A DNA stretch of 64,000 bases from assembly GCA_950097015.1 (NCBI GenBank), contig CATNEN010000030.1:62001-126000 (forward strand), given 5' to 3'. The notes below the pieces were generated by a model. It saw only the letters and a program-made list of their open reading frames with translations. It had not been told where the DNA came from and did not search any database. Below are positions 36,001-46,959 of this stretch, piece after piece (positions within the stretch are counted from its first letter, which is position 1; each line of letters starts with the position of its first letter). Made by a program: the position numbers and the translations under genes. This DNA is from Macrostomum hystrix (Eukaryota > Animalia > Platyhelminthes).

Positions 36001-36918
36001 GATGATGTTAAAATGTTAAACAACCGTCAATTAACTCCATTCATCTGTTCTTTTTCATCTACAGACTACTGTAAGTAGCGGGGGTTAGTGGGAGAGCGGT
36101 TATCGCGTTTACCTCTCTCACCACTGTCCCTGAGCTCGATTCCGCGGCGAGGCCCCAATTTGCTTAGGGGCTTGTCGTGTAGTTTACTTACTGTCACCAA
36201 ATGATGTGGCATGGCCTGCAGCCCTCATGCAGTTATTATTATTATTATTATTAGCGCCAAATGCCGATCTGTTCTGACAGGACCTATCCGCACTGATGCG
36301 CTCTCTGTCTGACGTAATACAACGTTCAGACATGAGTAACAACTGCGGCAATTCGTCGCTGTGCCTGAAGCTGACCTTCTCGCCCGTGGCCCCCAGCGAG
36401 GCCGCCTCCGCCACGGCCACTGCCACAGCCTCCGTCTGTTTCCCGTTGCCTCAGCGTCGCTACGGGAATTTCAGGCGGCATCGCAGCCAATCTGGCAGGA
36501 GATTATCGCCGCCGGCTCAAGCCACCCAGCGAGCTATGCCAGATCTGCAACAGCAGCAGCCAGAATTGGGCAGCAGAAGTCGCCGGAAGACAGCATGGCA
36601 ACAAACTGCAAAAGCAGCAGCAGCAACAACAGGAGAACACGGAACAGCGGTTTGATCTTCGTTTGTCATCCGCCAGACGAGCTGGCTCTCAGCCTCCGCC
36701 ACCGCCGCCGCCGCCAGCCGCCTCCGCCTCCGTCGTCGTCGAAATTAAACAACGTCGGCGGCATCCGCAGCGGCGCCGGCCAATCGCGCCATCTTGAGGC
36801 CATGCAGCTGGTTGCCGAGTGGCTGCACCGGGAGCCGGTCACACCCGCCGCGGCACAGGCCCGACAATGCATTCACCGGCATCATCATCACTTTCATTAT
36901 CACCTGTATCACGACTGA
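33051..36918 (+). CDS. nkd: Naked cuticle homolog. Exons 33051-33144 (tentative), 34723 (or 34785)-35039, 35488-35697, 36281-36433, 36475-36918 (last junction tentative)
   Basis: EFX domain EWSVTLYDFDGRGKFTKQ|DLSALMRSLSDVIQRS...LCLKLTFSP across a phase-0 intron, plus the C-terminal His-rich tail HRHHHHFHYHLYHD*, both Nkd hallmarks. First exon and the 41-nt last intron are inferred. Confidence 0.8.
34052..34563 (+). mobile_element. Non-autonomous DNA transposon (MITE) with CAGTAG(A/G)ACTACCA TIRs and TTAA flanks
   Basis: TTAA-CAGTAGAACTACCAG ... TGGTAGTCCTGCTG-TTAA; internal sequence shared with 37380-37979. Confidence 0.85.
35122..35457 (+). mobile_element. tRNA-derived SINE, family S1
   Basis: A-box GGTGGCAAAGCG; body GGGCTTGTCGTGCAATTTACGCC...GATGAGAAAGTCAGGGCAGATG; AT-rich tail; homologous to 39939 and 45120. 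Confidence 0.8.
35745..35805 (-). mobile_element. Fragment of SINE S1 body
   Basis: CCCTGACTTTCTCGTCGTCAGGCA is the reverse complement of the S1 body. Confidence 0.6.
36077..36253 (+). mobile_element. Internally deleted SINE S1 with (ATT)n tail
   Basis: tRNA-like head with CTCGATTCCGCGGCGAGGCC, then GGGCTTGTCGTG, the 3' end TGTCACCAAATGATGTG...GCAGCCC and (ATT)n. Confidence 0.75.
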
Positions 36919-37039
36919 TTAGTAACAATCGATTTCAAGTTCTTATGCTAGCCAAATGTGAGTAAATTTGCCACTCCAATTCTCCAAGTTGGTTTTTTAA
37001 GTTAAAATAAAAATTTAATGTAGTAATGAATTATTACAC

Positions 37040-37210
37040 CTGCCTCCTCACCCGAGCTAATGCTTGTACCCATTTAACAGCTGGGTGAACTGAAGCAATG
37101 CTGCGTTAAGTGTCTTGCTAAAGGACATAATTTTTTCCAGTCGAATCGGGAATCGAACCCCCTACCTTCAAGTCGTTCAGTCCAATTCTCTAACCACTAG
37201 GCTACGACCT
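37040..37210 (-). mobile_element. tRNA-derived SINE with CORE-like domain (S2)
   Basis: Minus strand: TAGCCTAGTGGTTAGAG (A-box), GGTTCGATTCCC (B-box), GTCCTTTAGCAAGACACTTAAC...GCTTCAGTTCACCCAGCTGTTAAATGGGTAC, resembling the recalled CORE consensus. Confidence 0.75.
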
Positions 37211-37379
37211 ACAACGCCTTATTAATAGCTACAAATTTGCAATAGTTTAGCGCCGTATCTTTTTTAGACCAATTTTCATTGTAGATAGCATTGCTGTCTC
37301 ATTTTTAACTAATTTTCACCGCAAGTGCCTGCAAGAATCTCTTCACTAACCAGGATTTTTATGGCCTGGCCTAAACTTA

Positions 37380-37979
37380 TTAACAGTAGAACTACCAAGA
37401 GGGGGAATCCCCCCTGACAATTTTTTGCTGCACCCGAACGGAACAATGCAAGCACACGAAACTCAAGAACACGGGCCAACTTTTTGTTGCGCATCTTGCT
37501 GAAACAAGAAACAAGTCGCCAGCCTCTTCAGAACGTCGAGATATTCAATGGTTCTGGCCGAAGGTCCGATTTTTCCCATAAGAGCTAGTGTACACCCCAA
37601 TATACGAATTAGCACAGCGCCTCAGTGCGGCCTTGCCAGGTCCTTCAACATTTATCAGCATGTCACCCGAGTGTGTCCTGCATCATCTCCGTCTTCGGTG
37701 GTCACCTACCTTTATCTAGACGGACTGCTGGACCTTCAAGGGCTACAACAGGTGGAACTAAGCTACTATGGACACCCTGACGCGAATTTCTCAAATTTCA
37801 ATGCTCAAGCCAAAATATTAGGCGCAGCTCAACCACAGGACACCATCGCCTAGTCTGTCAACCAATCAGTCACCACCCAACGCTGTTAGCATTCGGGCGC
37901 TTGCCAAAAAAATTGTCAGGATTCCCCCCCCCTTGGTATAAAAACGGGCGGCAAAATGGCTTGGTAGTCCTACTGTTAA
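37380..37979 (+). mobile_element. Full-length copy of the TTAA-flanked MITE
   Basis: TTAA-CAGTAGAACTACCAAG ... CTTGGTAGTCCTACTG-TTAA; subterminal inverted blocks CTGACAATTTTTTG / CAAAAAAATTGTCAG. Confidence 0.88.
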
Positions 37980-38492
37980 GTCTAATTGTCTGATTTGATT
38001 AACAATCCTTTATTCTTATAGAAACTTACACGCAGAAATTTTGACCGATTCTCTCTATCAGTCAAATGTTAAAATCTAATTAATCACTGCAATAGATTTC
38101 TGTGAGTTTTTTTTATTGTGTAATTTTATTTGCCATTTTCTCCACACTTTCCGCTGCTTTGGGTCCAACTTGTACAATTTTACAAACTTCAAGTGCCTTT
38201 GTCCTACTTATTTTCGCCTGAGTAGTGTGTGCTGCACATATTTTATTTCAAAAAAAGAAACTATGTATCGGCAATTGGACACCCAGTGTCTCACTTTGCA
38301 TAACAGTTGTGCTATCCGTCTAGTGTCCTTGATGAATTATGAATTATTTAGTTTGTAATTATAAACGGCAACCTAGCCAATCATTTTTTGTTACTAAACT
38401 TATCAAGCAAACCTAATACCTTGTTTCTGTTGTTTTTTAAGCTTTTTGTTCTACATAAAATGCTATAGACTACATACAAATCAGCAATGCAA

Positions 38493-39423
38493 ATCTGATC
38501 CCACAGTGAGTATATCTGATCCCACAGTGAGTATATCTGATCCCACAGTGAGTATATCTGATCCCACAGTGAGTATATCTGATCCCACAGTGAGTATATC
38601 TGATCCCACAGTGAGTATATCTGATCCCACAGTGAGTATATCTGATCCCACAGTGAGTATATCTGATCCCACAGTGAGTATATCTGATCCCACAGTGAGT
38701 ATATCTGATCCCACAGTGAGTATATCTGATCCCACAGTGAGTATATCTGATCCCACAGTGAGTATATTTGATCCCACAGTGAGTATATCTGATCCCACAG
38801 TGAGTATATCTGATCCCACAGTGAGTATATCTGATCCCACAGTGAGTATATCTGATCCCACAGTGAGTATATCTGATCCCACAGTGAGTATATCTGATCC
38901 CACAGTGAGTATATCTGATCCCACAGTGAGTATATCTGATCCCACAGTGAGTATATTTGATCCCACAGTGAGTATATCAGATCCCACAGTGAGTATATCT
39001 GATCCCACAGTGAGTATATCTGATCCCACAGTGAGTATATCTGATCCCACAGTGAGTATATTTGATCCCACAGTGAGTATATCTGATCCCACAGTGAGTA
39101 TATCTGATCCCACAGTGAGTATATCTGATCCCACAGTGAGTATATTTGATCCCACAGTGAGTATATCTGATCCCACAGTGAGTATATCTGATCCCACAGT
39201 GAGTATATCTGATCCCACAGTGAGTATATCTGATCCCACAGTGAGTATATCTGATCCCACAGTGAGTATATTTGATCCCACAGTGAGTATATCTGATCCC
39301 ACAGTGAGTATATCAGATCCCACAGTGAGTATATCTGATCCCATAGTGAGTATATCTGATCCCATAGTGAGTATATCTGATCCCATAGTGAGTATATCTG
39401 ATCCCACAGTGAGTATATCTGAT
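38493..39423. repeat. Highly homogeneous 21-bp minisatellite (ATCTGATCCCACAGTGAGTAT)n, ~44 units
   Basis: Near-perfect periodicity; explains the 7-aa repeat ORFs on both strands. Confidence 0.97.
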
Positions 39424-39938
39424 TGCGGCTGACGCAAACAAAGACATTTTCCCTAGCGTTATTGTATAAGAGTAGCAATATGTGGTATATTAAAATTGGC
39501 TAATAGCGTAAAGCAGAAATTGTGCGGAAGTTATCCGCTTTCTGGCCCAGGCTGGCTTCATGGGCTAAGGGGATAATTAGGGGAGAAGATAAACGAGGGA
39601 GAGGCCTGACCGCACGATTGTGTCGAGCCGCTGAAAACATGGCCGATTGAAGTTTTGCATTTATGAATCCAAAATCTGGGACAGATTTGGCCATCAAAGT
39701 CCGTTTTTTTTTCTCTAAAAGGCAGCTTCCAAAGTGCTACTTCCGGTGGGAATTTTCTGATGCGCTCTGGGATCCAGATCCGGGCTTGTTTGTCCAAGCA
39801 GACCAAGCAACGTTTCAATTTTTGGCGCCTCTGGGCTTGTCATACAGCGAAAGCACCTAACAGAGTAACAGCTTATCTATTTAGATAGGTATATTTGGAT
39901 AGAACCAGCCGTTTGCCCGCCGACTAAAACCGCGTATA

Positions 39939-40235
39939 GGGGGTCGGTGGCACAGCGGTTAACGCGTCTGCCTCTCGTACCAAGGTCCCTAAGATCGATT
40001 CCGCGGCGAGGCCACATTAAATTGGGGCGCAGCCGCGGAGAGAAGGCTTGGGGGCTTGTCGTGCAATTCACGCCCTTGATGGCCAACCTGACGATGAGAA
40101 AGTCAGGGCAGATGAACACCTGTGTGCGTGTGTGCTCAGGAGTCAGCGAAACGGGCAGAATTTCCGAAACGCATAAGTGTCACCAAATGATGTGCAATTG
40201 CCCGCAGCCCTCTTGCAATTATTATTTATTAATAA
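39939..40235 (+). mobile_element. tRNA-derived SINE S1
   Basis: GGGGTCGGTGGCACAGCGG (A-box), GATCGATTCC (B-box-like), S1 body, AT-rich tail. Confidence 0.8.
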
Positions 40236-41339
40236 GACAGCGTAGAGTTTCTTCTTTGTCTGAGATAAAATGTTAAAATAGCACCTGTGCGAAACTTAAC
40301 ACTGGCACACTTGATATTTTACACTAATTAAGACAAAGCAACTAATATGATGATTGCACATCTATTGTCTATATTAGTATCCCTGCAATCTTGACGGTCC
40401 CAGTTCGCAGCTAAGAACTAAAAACAGGGAATCCACAGAATAGAATGAATTGGGGAGGCTGTGAAAACTTTGAAACACCGCGACAGAGACAAGACAGGAG
40501 AGACCGCCGAGGGAGGAGAAAAAAAGTTAATTTGTTTTTCTCCACACTTCTTTAGGCTTTTGCTTCAAAATTTAAGCATGGATGCACGGATAAGGTACCA
40601 GCAACGCGGCAACCTCTGCTTTGTGTGTGTGGGGTGGGTCGCTACAAATTCCAAAAATGCGGCGCAATTAACTTCCGCGCGCCTGCGTGGGTCGGGTTGG
40701 CGGGCTGGGCACCAGAGAGGCAGCCGCATCTGCCGATTCGCCTCAGTAATTGATAGTGACAGGATGCCGCGAAGCTTCCGCAATCAAACAAACACTGGAC
40801 GGAATAATTATAAGGATTTAGCTACTTTCACTCACTCACTCCATCTATTCGTGCCTTGCCAACCCATAAAGGCGAGAGAGCCGTACCACCAACGCTAGGC
40901 GCATTTGGCGTGTAAATCAGTTCGCTAATGAGTTCGAGACCCAGGCCTACTAGCCAGCTGACGATATGCCAGTCTACCGTCCGTCATGTGGGCAGGGGAC
41001 TTGGCAGTGAGCGAGGCTCTCGGATCCCAGGTAGCTGCGGTGGATTTAGACACCCGAGGCGGGTTGAAAATAATTCGTCACGCCGCGTGTCTCCAGGTGA
41101 GAGGGATCTCGGTGGCTGATGACGACATTTCCTGACCCTATGCGCATGTTTCTCGAAGTGTTTCAGTTGTTTTTGTTAATTTGTTTAGAAAAAGTTTCTT
41201 AATCAGCGAGACACGGGAGACACAACAAAGACCGATTGTCTGCAATCGTGTTGCTTTTCCATACGAATAAATAAATATGCCACATTTGCTGAAACTAACT
41301 TAACATTTGAGAAACACATGTGAGATTTGTGAGAGACGG

Positions 41340-41755
41340 TGAGGTTTGAGAGAGGCTGTGTGAGATTTACAAGAGACAAGGGTGAGATTTTAAGAAAGAT
41401 TGGAGTAGATTTGAGAGAGACTGGGTGAGATTTGAGAGAGACTGGGTTAGATTTGAGAGAGACTGGGTGAGATTTGAGAGAGACTGGTTGAGATTCAAGA
41501 AATACTGGGTGAGATTTAAGAGAGACTGGGTGAGATTCAAGAGACACTGTGAGATTTGGGAGAATGACGATGAGATCTAAAGAGACTGGGTGAGATCTAA
41601 GAGAGACTGGGTGAGATCTAAGAGAGACTGGGTGAGATCTAAGAGAGACTGGGTGAGATCTAAGAGAGACTGGGTGAGATCTAAGAGAGGCTGGGTGAGA
41701 TGTAAGAGAGACTGGGTGAGATCTAAGAGAGATTTGTTAAGATCTAGTGACTATG
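41340..41755. repeat. 21-bp minisatellite (GAGAT(TTG/CTA)AGAGAGACTGGGT)n, two sub-arrays
   Basis: Periodicity of 21. Confidence 0.9.
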
Positions 41756-42174
41756 CGAGACACGGATTTAAATCAGCAATCGTGTTGGCACACTACGATT
41801 TACGAACCGATCACAGACAGTGATTTGCAATCTGATCCGAATCGATCACTGGTTTCGCTGCCCGACTGTTTTGGGCCGTCTAATTTTCGGTCTGCTCTCT
41901 TTAAAACAACGAAAACTTAAAATTGCCATGCAGCCGCGGACAAATCTCTGTTGCAGTCTGGCTCGGCACTGACCAACTGAATGATTTATTAGCAGCGCAG
42001 TTCCGCCCCTGTTCAAACTGCACAGCTGCCTACCCGCCAAGTCTCACTTACACGCCTATCGTCTGACTGATTGTCACAGCCTCCCACAAGTGCCACTGAA
42101 CTTACCGCTGCTGCACACACTTCACATCCGCCCAGCAACAGCAACAATACCCCCGAGTGGCGCAATAACTCAGT

Positions 42175-43050
42175 AAGCCTTCAACCCCACCACCTCTGCC
42201 TCAGTTAGCCTTCTACCCACCTCTGCCTCAGTTAGCCTTCTACCCACCTCTGCCTCAGTTAGCCTTCTACCCACCACCTCTGCCTCAGTTAGCCTTCTAC
42301 CCACCTCTGCCTCAGTTAGCCTTCTACCCACCTCTGCCTCAGTTAGCCTTCTACCCACCTCTGCCTCAGTTAGCCTTCTACCCACCTCTGCCTCAGTTAG
42401 CCTTCTACCCACCTCTGCCTCAGTTAGCCTTCTACCCACCTCTGCCTCAGTTAGCCTTCTACCCACCACCTCTGCCTCAGTTAGCCTTCTACCCACCACC
42501 TCTGCCTTAGTTAGCCTTCTACCCACCACCTCTGCCTCAGTTAGCCTTCTACCCACCTCTGCCTCAGTTAGCCTTCTACCCACATCTGCCTCAGTTAGCC
42601 TTCTACCCACCTCTGCCTCAGTTAGCCTTCTACCCACCTCTGCCTCAGTTAGCCTTCTACCCACCACCTCTGCCTCAGTTAGCCTTCTACCCACCTCTGC
42701 CTCAGTTAGCCTTCTACCCACCACCTCTGCCTCAGTTAGCCTTCTACCCACCACCTCTGCCTCAGTTAGCCTTCTACCCACCTCTGCCTCAGTTAGCCTT
42801 CTACCCACCTCTGCCTCAGTTAGCCTTCTACCCACCACCTCTGCCTCAGTTAGCCTTCTACCCACCACCTCTGCCTCAGTTAGCCTTCTACCCACCTCTG
42901 CCTCAGTTAGCCTTCTACCCAACACCTCTGCCTCAGTTAGCCTTCTACCCACCTCTGCCTCAGTTAGCCTTCTACCCACCTCTGCATCAGTTAGCCTTCT
43001 ACCCACCACCTCTGCCTCAGTTAGCCTTCTACCCACCGCCTCTACTTAAG
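42175..43050. repeat. 27/30-bp minisatellite (CACCTCTGCCTCAGTTAGCCTTCTACC[CAC])n
   Basis: Two unit lengths interspersed; gives the GRRLTEAEV(V) ORF. Confidence 0.95.
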
Positions 43051-43580
43051 TCCGGCTTCTATCCTGAGTTAGGACTTACCCTGAGCCAAATTACTCTAGT
43101 TTTTTTAAATAAAGTGAAATAATATCAGTGAACCGATTGTTGCTATAGGTCTCGATTTATAAACATACTTAATATGAATCAATAGTCACAAGCAATGTCA
43201 ATCACTGCAGGGATAAAAGAAATACAGAAACTATGGGAATCAAAGCTGGTTAAAACAAAAGTTTTCACGCAAGTTAAACACCAAACTGTTAAAGCTTTAC
43301 AAGTAATACTACAGGTTGGTATAGGAAATGAAATGTAAACAAAGATCTGAACAAGGTTTTTATAATTTAGATCAATGACTGACAAGAGTTGGGTCTAGCT
43401 ATCTATTACTCGAACAGGTTGTATGGCTTCATTATCAATTATGGAACAATTGATGACTACTATAGTTGTGTAGTGGACATATTAATATACACCTATGTGT
43501 AGTAAGCTCGTAATTATAATTTTCATTGTACAATATGAGTAAGAACTCAACTCTGAATTAGCAGGTGTCAATGACATCAG

Positions 43581-46339
43581 TCAGTTGTCATCCGGCTCAC
43601 TGTCTGATTCGGTTCTCAGCCGTACGGAATGATTGTACAGCCCTTGGGACATCAGGTGCAGCGCCAGGGGGTTCTTGAAGCCGTGGCCCTGAAACATTTT
43701 TGGCGAGGGATTGGCTCATTTTGCAGATACATTTGACTGTGTGAGCATTGAGACTGAATGAAACTCAGCTCAGAAAACTCATAGCTCAGATATAAACTCA
43801 ATCAAACTCTCATAGCTCTCATTCAAACTCTCATAGCTCTCATTCAAACTCTCATAGCTCTCATTCAAACTCCCATAGCTCTCATTCAAACTCTCATAGC
43901 TCTCATTCAAACTCTCATAGCTCTCATTCAAACTCTCATAGCTCTCATTCAAACTCTCATAGCTCTCATTCAAACTCCCATAGCTCTCATTCAAACTCCC
44001 ATAGCTCTCATTCAAACTCTCATAGCTCTCATTCAAACTCTCATAGCTCTCATTCAAACTCTCATAGCTCTCATTCAAACTCTCATAGCTCTCATTCAAA
44101 CTCTCATAGCTCTCATTCAAACTCTCATAGCTCTCATTCAAACTCTCATAGCTCTCTTTTGGACTCTCTTTCCGACTTTCACAGCAGCGCTCACCTTCTT
44201 AGCCTTGGCTCGCTTGTTCTGGAACCAGATCTTCACCTGTGACTCGTTTAACTGCAGCTCCTTGGCTAGGGCGAGACGGCGCTCCTCGGTGAGATACCTG
44301 CGGAATGCGTTGGGTGGACTTTGACCTTCTCTGACCTTTATCTACCGCGACCTTGAATATGAGTGGAATCTACCGCGCCCCTGCTGTAATATCTCAAGCT
44401 GCCACTCCCAGCAAACATCCAGCTGCCACTCCCAGCAAACATCCAGCTGCCACTCCCAGCAAACATCCAGCTGCCACTCCCAGCAAACATCCAGCTGCCA
44501 CTCCCAGCAAACATCTAGCTGTCACTGCTATTAAAGCTCCAACTACCAATCCCATCAATTTTCTTGAAGCAGCAGCAGCAGCAACGCGGACCTGTTCTCC
44601 TCGAACTCCTGTTTGAGCCGTTTTAACTGTTCGCCAGAGAATGACGTCCTTGGCCTCTTTTCGTTATCTTTGCGGCTTCTTCTGCGAAATTTGCGCACCC
44701 GGGGACCTGTGGCAATGGTCAAGAGTAATAATAATAATACTAATAATATTAATAATAATATTAATAATTATTATTATTATAAATGCTGGAGGGCTGTGTG
44801 TAATGGCACATCACTTAGTGACACTAGATCCGCAGCCAGCCAGGAGGCAATTCTGCCCATTTCGCTGACTCCTGAGCACACACGCACACAGATACTGTAC
44901 GCAGGCATACGCTCACACAGGTGTGTACATCTGCCCTGACTTTCTCATCGTCAGGCAGTGCACACTTTCACAGTGACTTGGAGGTTGGCCCTCAATGGCG
45001 TAAATTGCACGACAAGCCCCCAAGCCTTCTGTCCGCGGCTGCGCCCTAAAGGAATGTGGCCTCGCCGCGGAATCGAGCTCAGGGACATTGGGACGCGTTA
45101 ACCGCTCAGCCACTCACCCAATTTATAAGGCCATAGGCTCTTCATAGTTTATTTATTCTAAATTCTGATTCAGATTTTTACTATTTGACTCCTGATCTAA
45201 AATTAGTTACCATGGCGCCTCTTGAGATGATTTTCATTTGAGCACACACCTGGGTGAGCAGTTCCGCTATAGGCTTAAGTATTCGGAACAAAGATTGAAT
45301 AGATTAGGCACTTAATGAATTAACGGGCCTCCCAATATAAAACCGATCTTCATATAATTTTTATTTTGACGAGGCCTTCAAATTAACGAGTTTGTCAGCT
45401 AATTAACGTTGATCGATCAGTCCCCTGGTGATTGATGCCGCATCTCTCTCCCTCCCTCTCTGAGTAACTTTGGCCCCTTAAATCGAGATAATCTCTTTTA
45501 GGCCTAAATGAGGCGGCATTTTTTCTATGAAGGAGGAGAGGCGGCAGATAATTATATTTATATAAATACGGCAGGTGTGATGGGCGGGGCTGGAAGGTTC
45601 GAACTTGAGGAAGGCCAGTGCCAACTGAGCCGATTCAATTTAGATAAAAAGATAGGGAGTGGAGAGAGAGGAGGGACAGACAGAGAGACACTTTCAACTG
45701 CTGATAGACATTTTTAAGGGAAAAAATCACTGTAAAGGGATAATAGCAGATCCCTGCATAGGCCAACTCATCATCGGCGTCATTATCGTCTTATAGCTTT
45801 TTTCCACTCTCCTCCTGACAGATAAGCAGCAGTCTTATTAATTATAATAGATTCGGCCCCATAGAACTCATCCATTGCCGTCATCAATTTTCAATCGAGT
45901 GGGCTATATAGGCTTGTGCAGTTTCAACACCGATAAGGATTAGCCTTAAACTCCATCGTGATTGATTGCTATAGCTCCTCATGAGTGATCTCTGAGAAAC
46001 AGCTCGCGCCGCTATTCGCTGCATGAAAATCGTCTTTGAAATGTTTAATCATCTATTGTCTATAATAACCAAAAGCTAAAGTATCAGCTTATATATTTAC
46101 ATTCTATTCTTACCAGATGACGGTCTGTCAGAGTAGCGAGTGCAGTAGATCCAGGCTGGCCATAGACTAGTCTTTGTTGTGCTCGCCTCCTCCTCCTCCT
46201 GCTGCTGCTGGGAAAATGCTCGCCTGCTTCTGCCAAAGTCTGGCTTTAGAATCTCATCTATGAGAAATCGAGTAAACTTTGCCTGCTCCTGCATCTGTTT
46301 GTGCTGCTGCTGCTGCTGACAGCTATCCGAGTCAAGCAT
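43581..46339 (-). CDS. en: Engrailed-class homeobox protein, 183 aa. Exons 46339-46114, 44706-44592, 44297-44195, 43688-43581
   Basis: eh1 [12 protein letters not shown]; eh2 [19 protein letters not shown]; homeodomain [58 protein letters not shown]; eh5 [14 protein letters not shown]. All junctions are GT-AG and in phase. Confidence 0.97.
43780..44155. repeat. 21-bp minisatellite (CTCATTCAAACTCTCATAGCT)n in engrailed intron 3
   Basis: Periodicity of 21. Confidence 0.95.
44395..44522. repeat. 24-bp minisatellite (GCTGCCACTCCCAGCAAACATCCA)n in engrailed intron 2
   Basis: About 5 units. Confidence 0.9.
44725..45120 (-). mobile_element. tRNA-derived SINE S1 with (ATT/AAT)n tail in engrailed intron 1
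   Basis: Reverse complement matches S1 head, body and 3' end; the tail ends ~18 nt from the exon 2 acceptor. Confidence 0.85.
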
Positions 46340-46435
46340 TTTGATTAGTCAGAAAATTGTTGCAAGAAATTAGCTATAGATTCTTCAAGGTGAAGAACTT
46401 TCACTGGACTTGTTTTTTTAGGATCCGCAGCTACT

Positions 46436-46457
46436 AAATATATAGATGGCATTGGCT
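46436..46457 (-). promoter_or_regulatory. Possible engrailed core promoter (CCAAT then TATATA)
   Basis: Minus strand reads AGCCAATGCCATCTATATATTTAG ~100 nt upstream of the ATG; motif evidence only. Confidence 0.3.
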
Positions 46458-46959
46458 GGCCAGCCTCTCACTGCTGCTTATCGCTTCATTTACCGCGCTA
46501 TTGCGGGCGGCCGGCCTAGCCAATCAGATTGCGGCTAAATCAGATCCCGCCCACCCAGTTCCCGTTACCAACTTCAGCAATTCCCTTCACTCGCTGTGCC
46601 CTCTCAGTTATTTTACTAGGCGGGAACAGGTCCCTAAAATGACTCGAAATCCCAAAATTTTAATTAGAGGAAATATCAATGACTTTACGCACCGGATGTG
46701 TCAGCTATATAATTGAAGGGCAGCTGTGAAACCGCAAACCGCTAATTACTGCATGCTATTATATACAGAAGTCTTGTAGAACACTGAAAATTGCCAAACA
46801 CACACACACACTTCCGTCTCATTGCATTTCGGTATTTTGATTTGGATCAGTTCGACTAATTGTTTTCCTGAATGAAATATTTGGAAATATGGCACTTAAT
46901 AGACGGTGTATGTGACGTAATATAGATTTTCTAATGAGCAAGACAACGGTTTTTAGTTT

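Noticed and set aside
38381-39478. 300-365-aa ORFs with 7-aa repeats
   Set aside because: 21-bp satellite open on both strands; no coding signal.
40461-41119. ORFs of 63-145 aa in the nkd-en spacer
   Set aside because: No recognisable domain and no clear exon structure; more likely regulatory or non-coding.
42170-43036. 288-aa GRRLTEAEV repeat ORF resembling a structural repeat protein
   Set aside because: 27/30-bp minisatellite with no ATG start and no unique domains.
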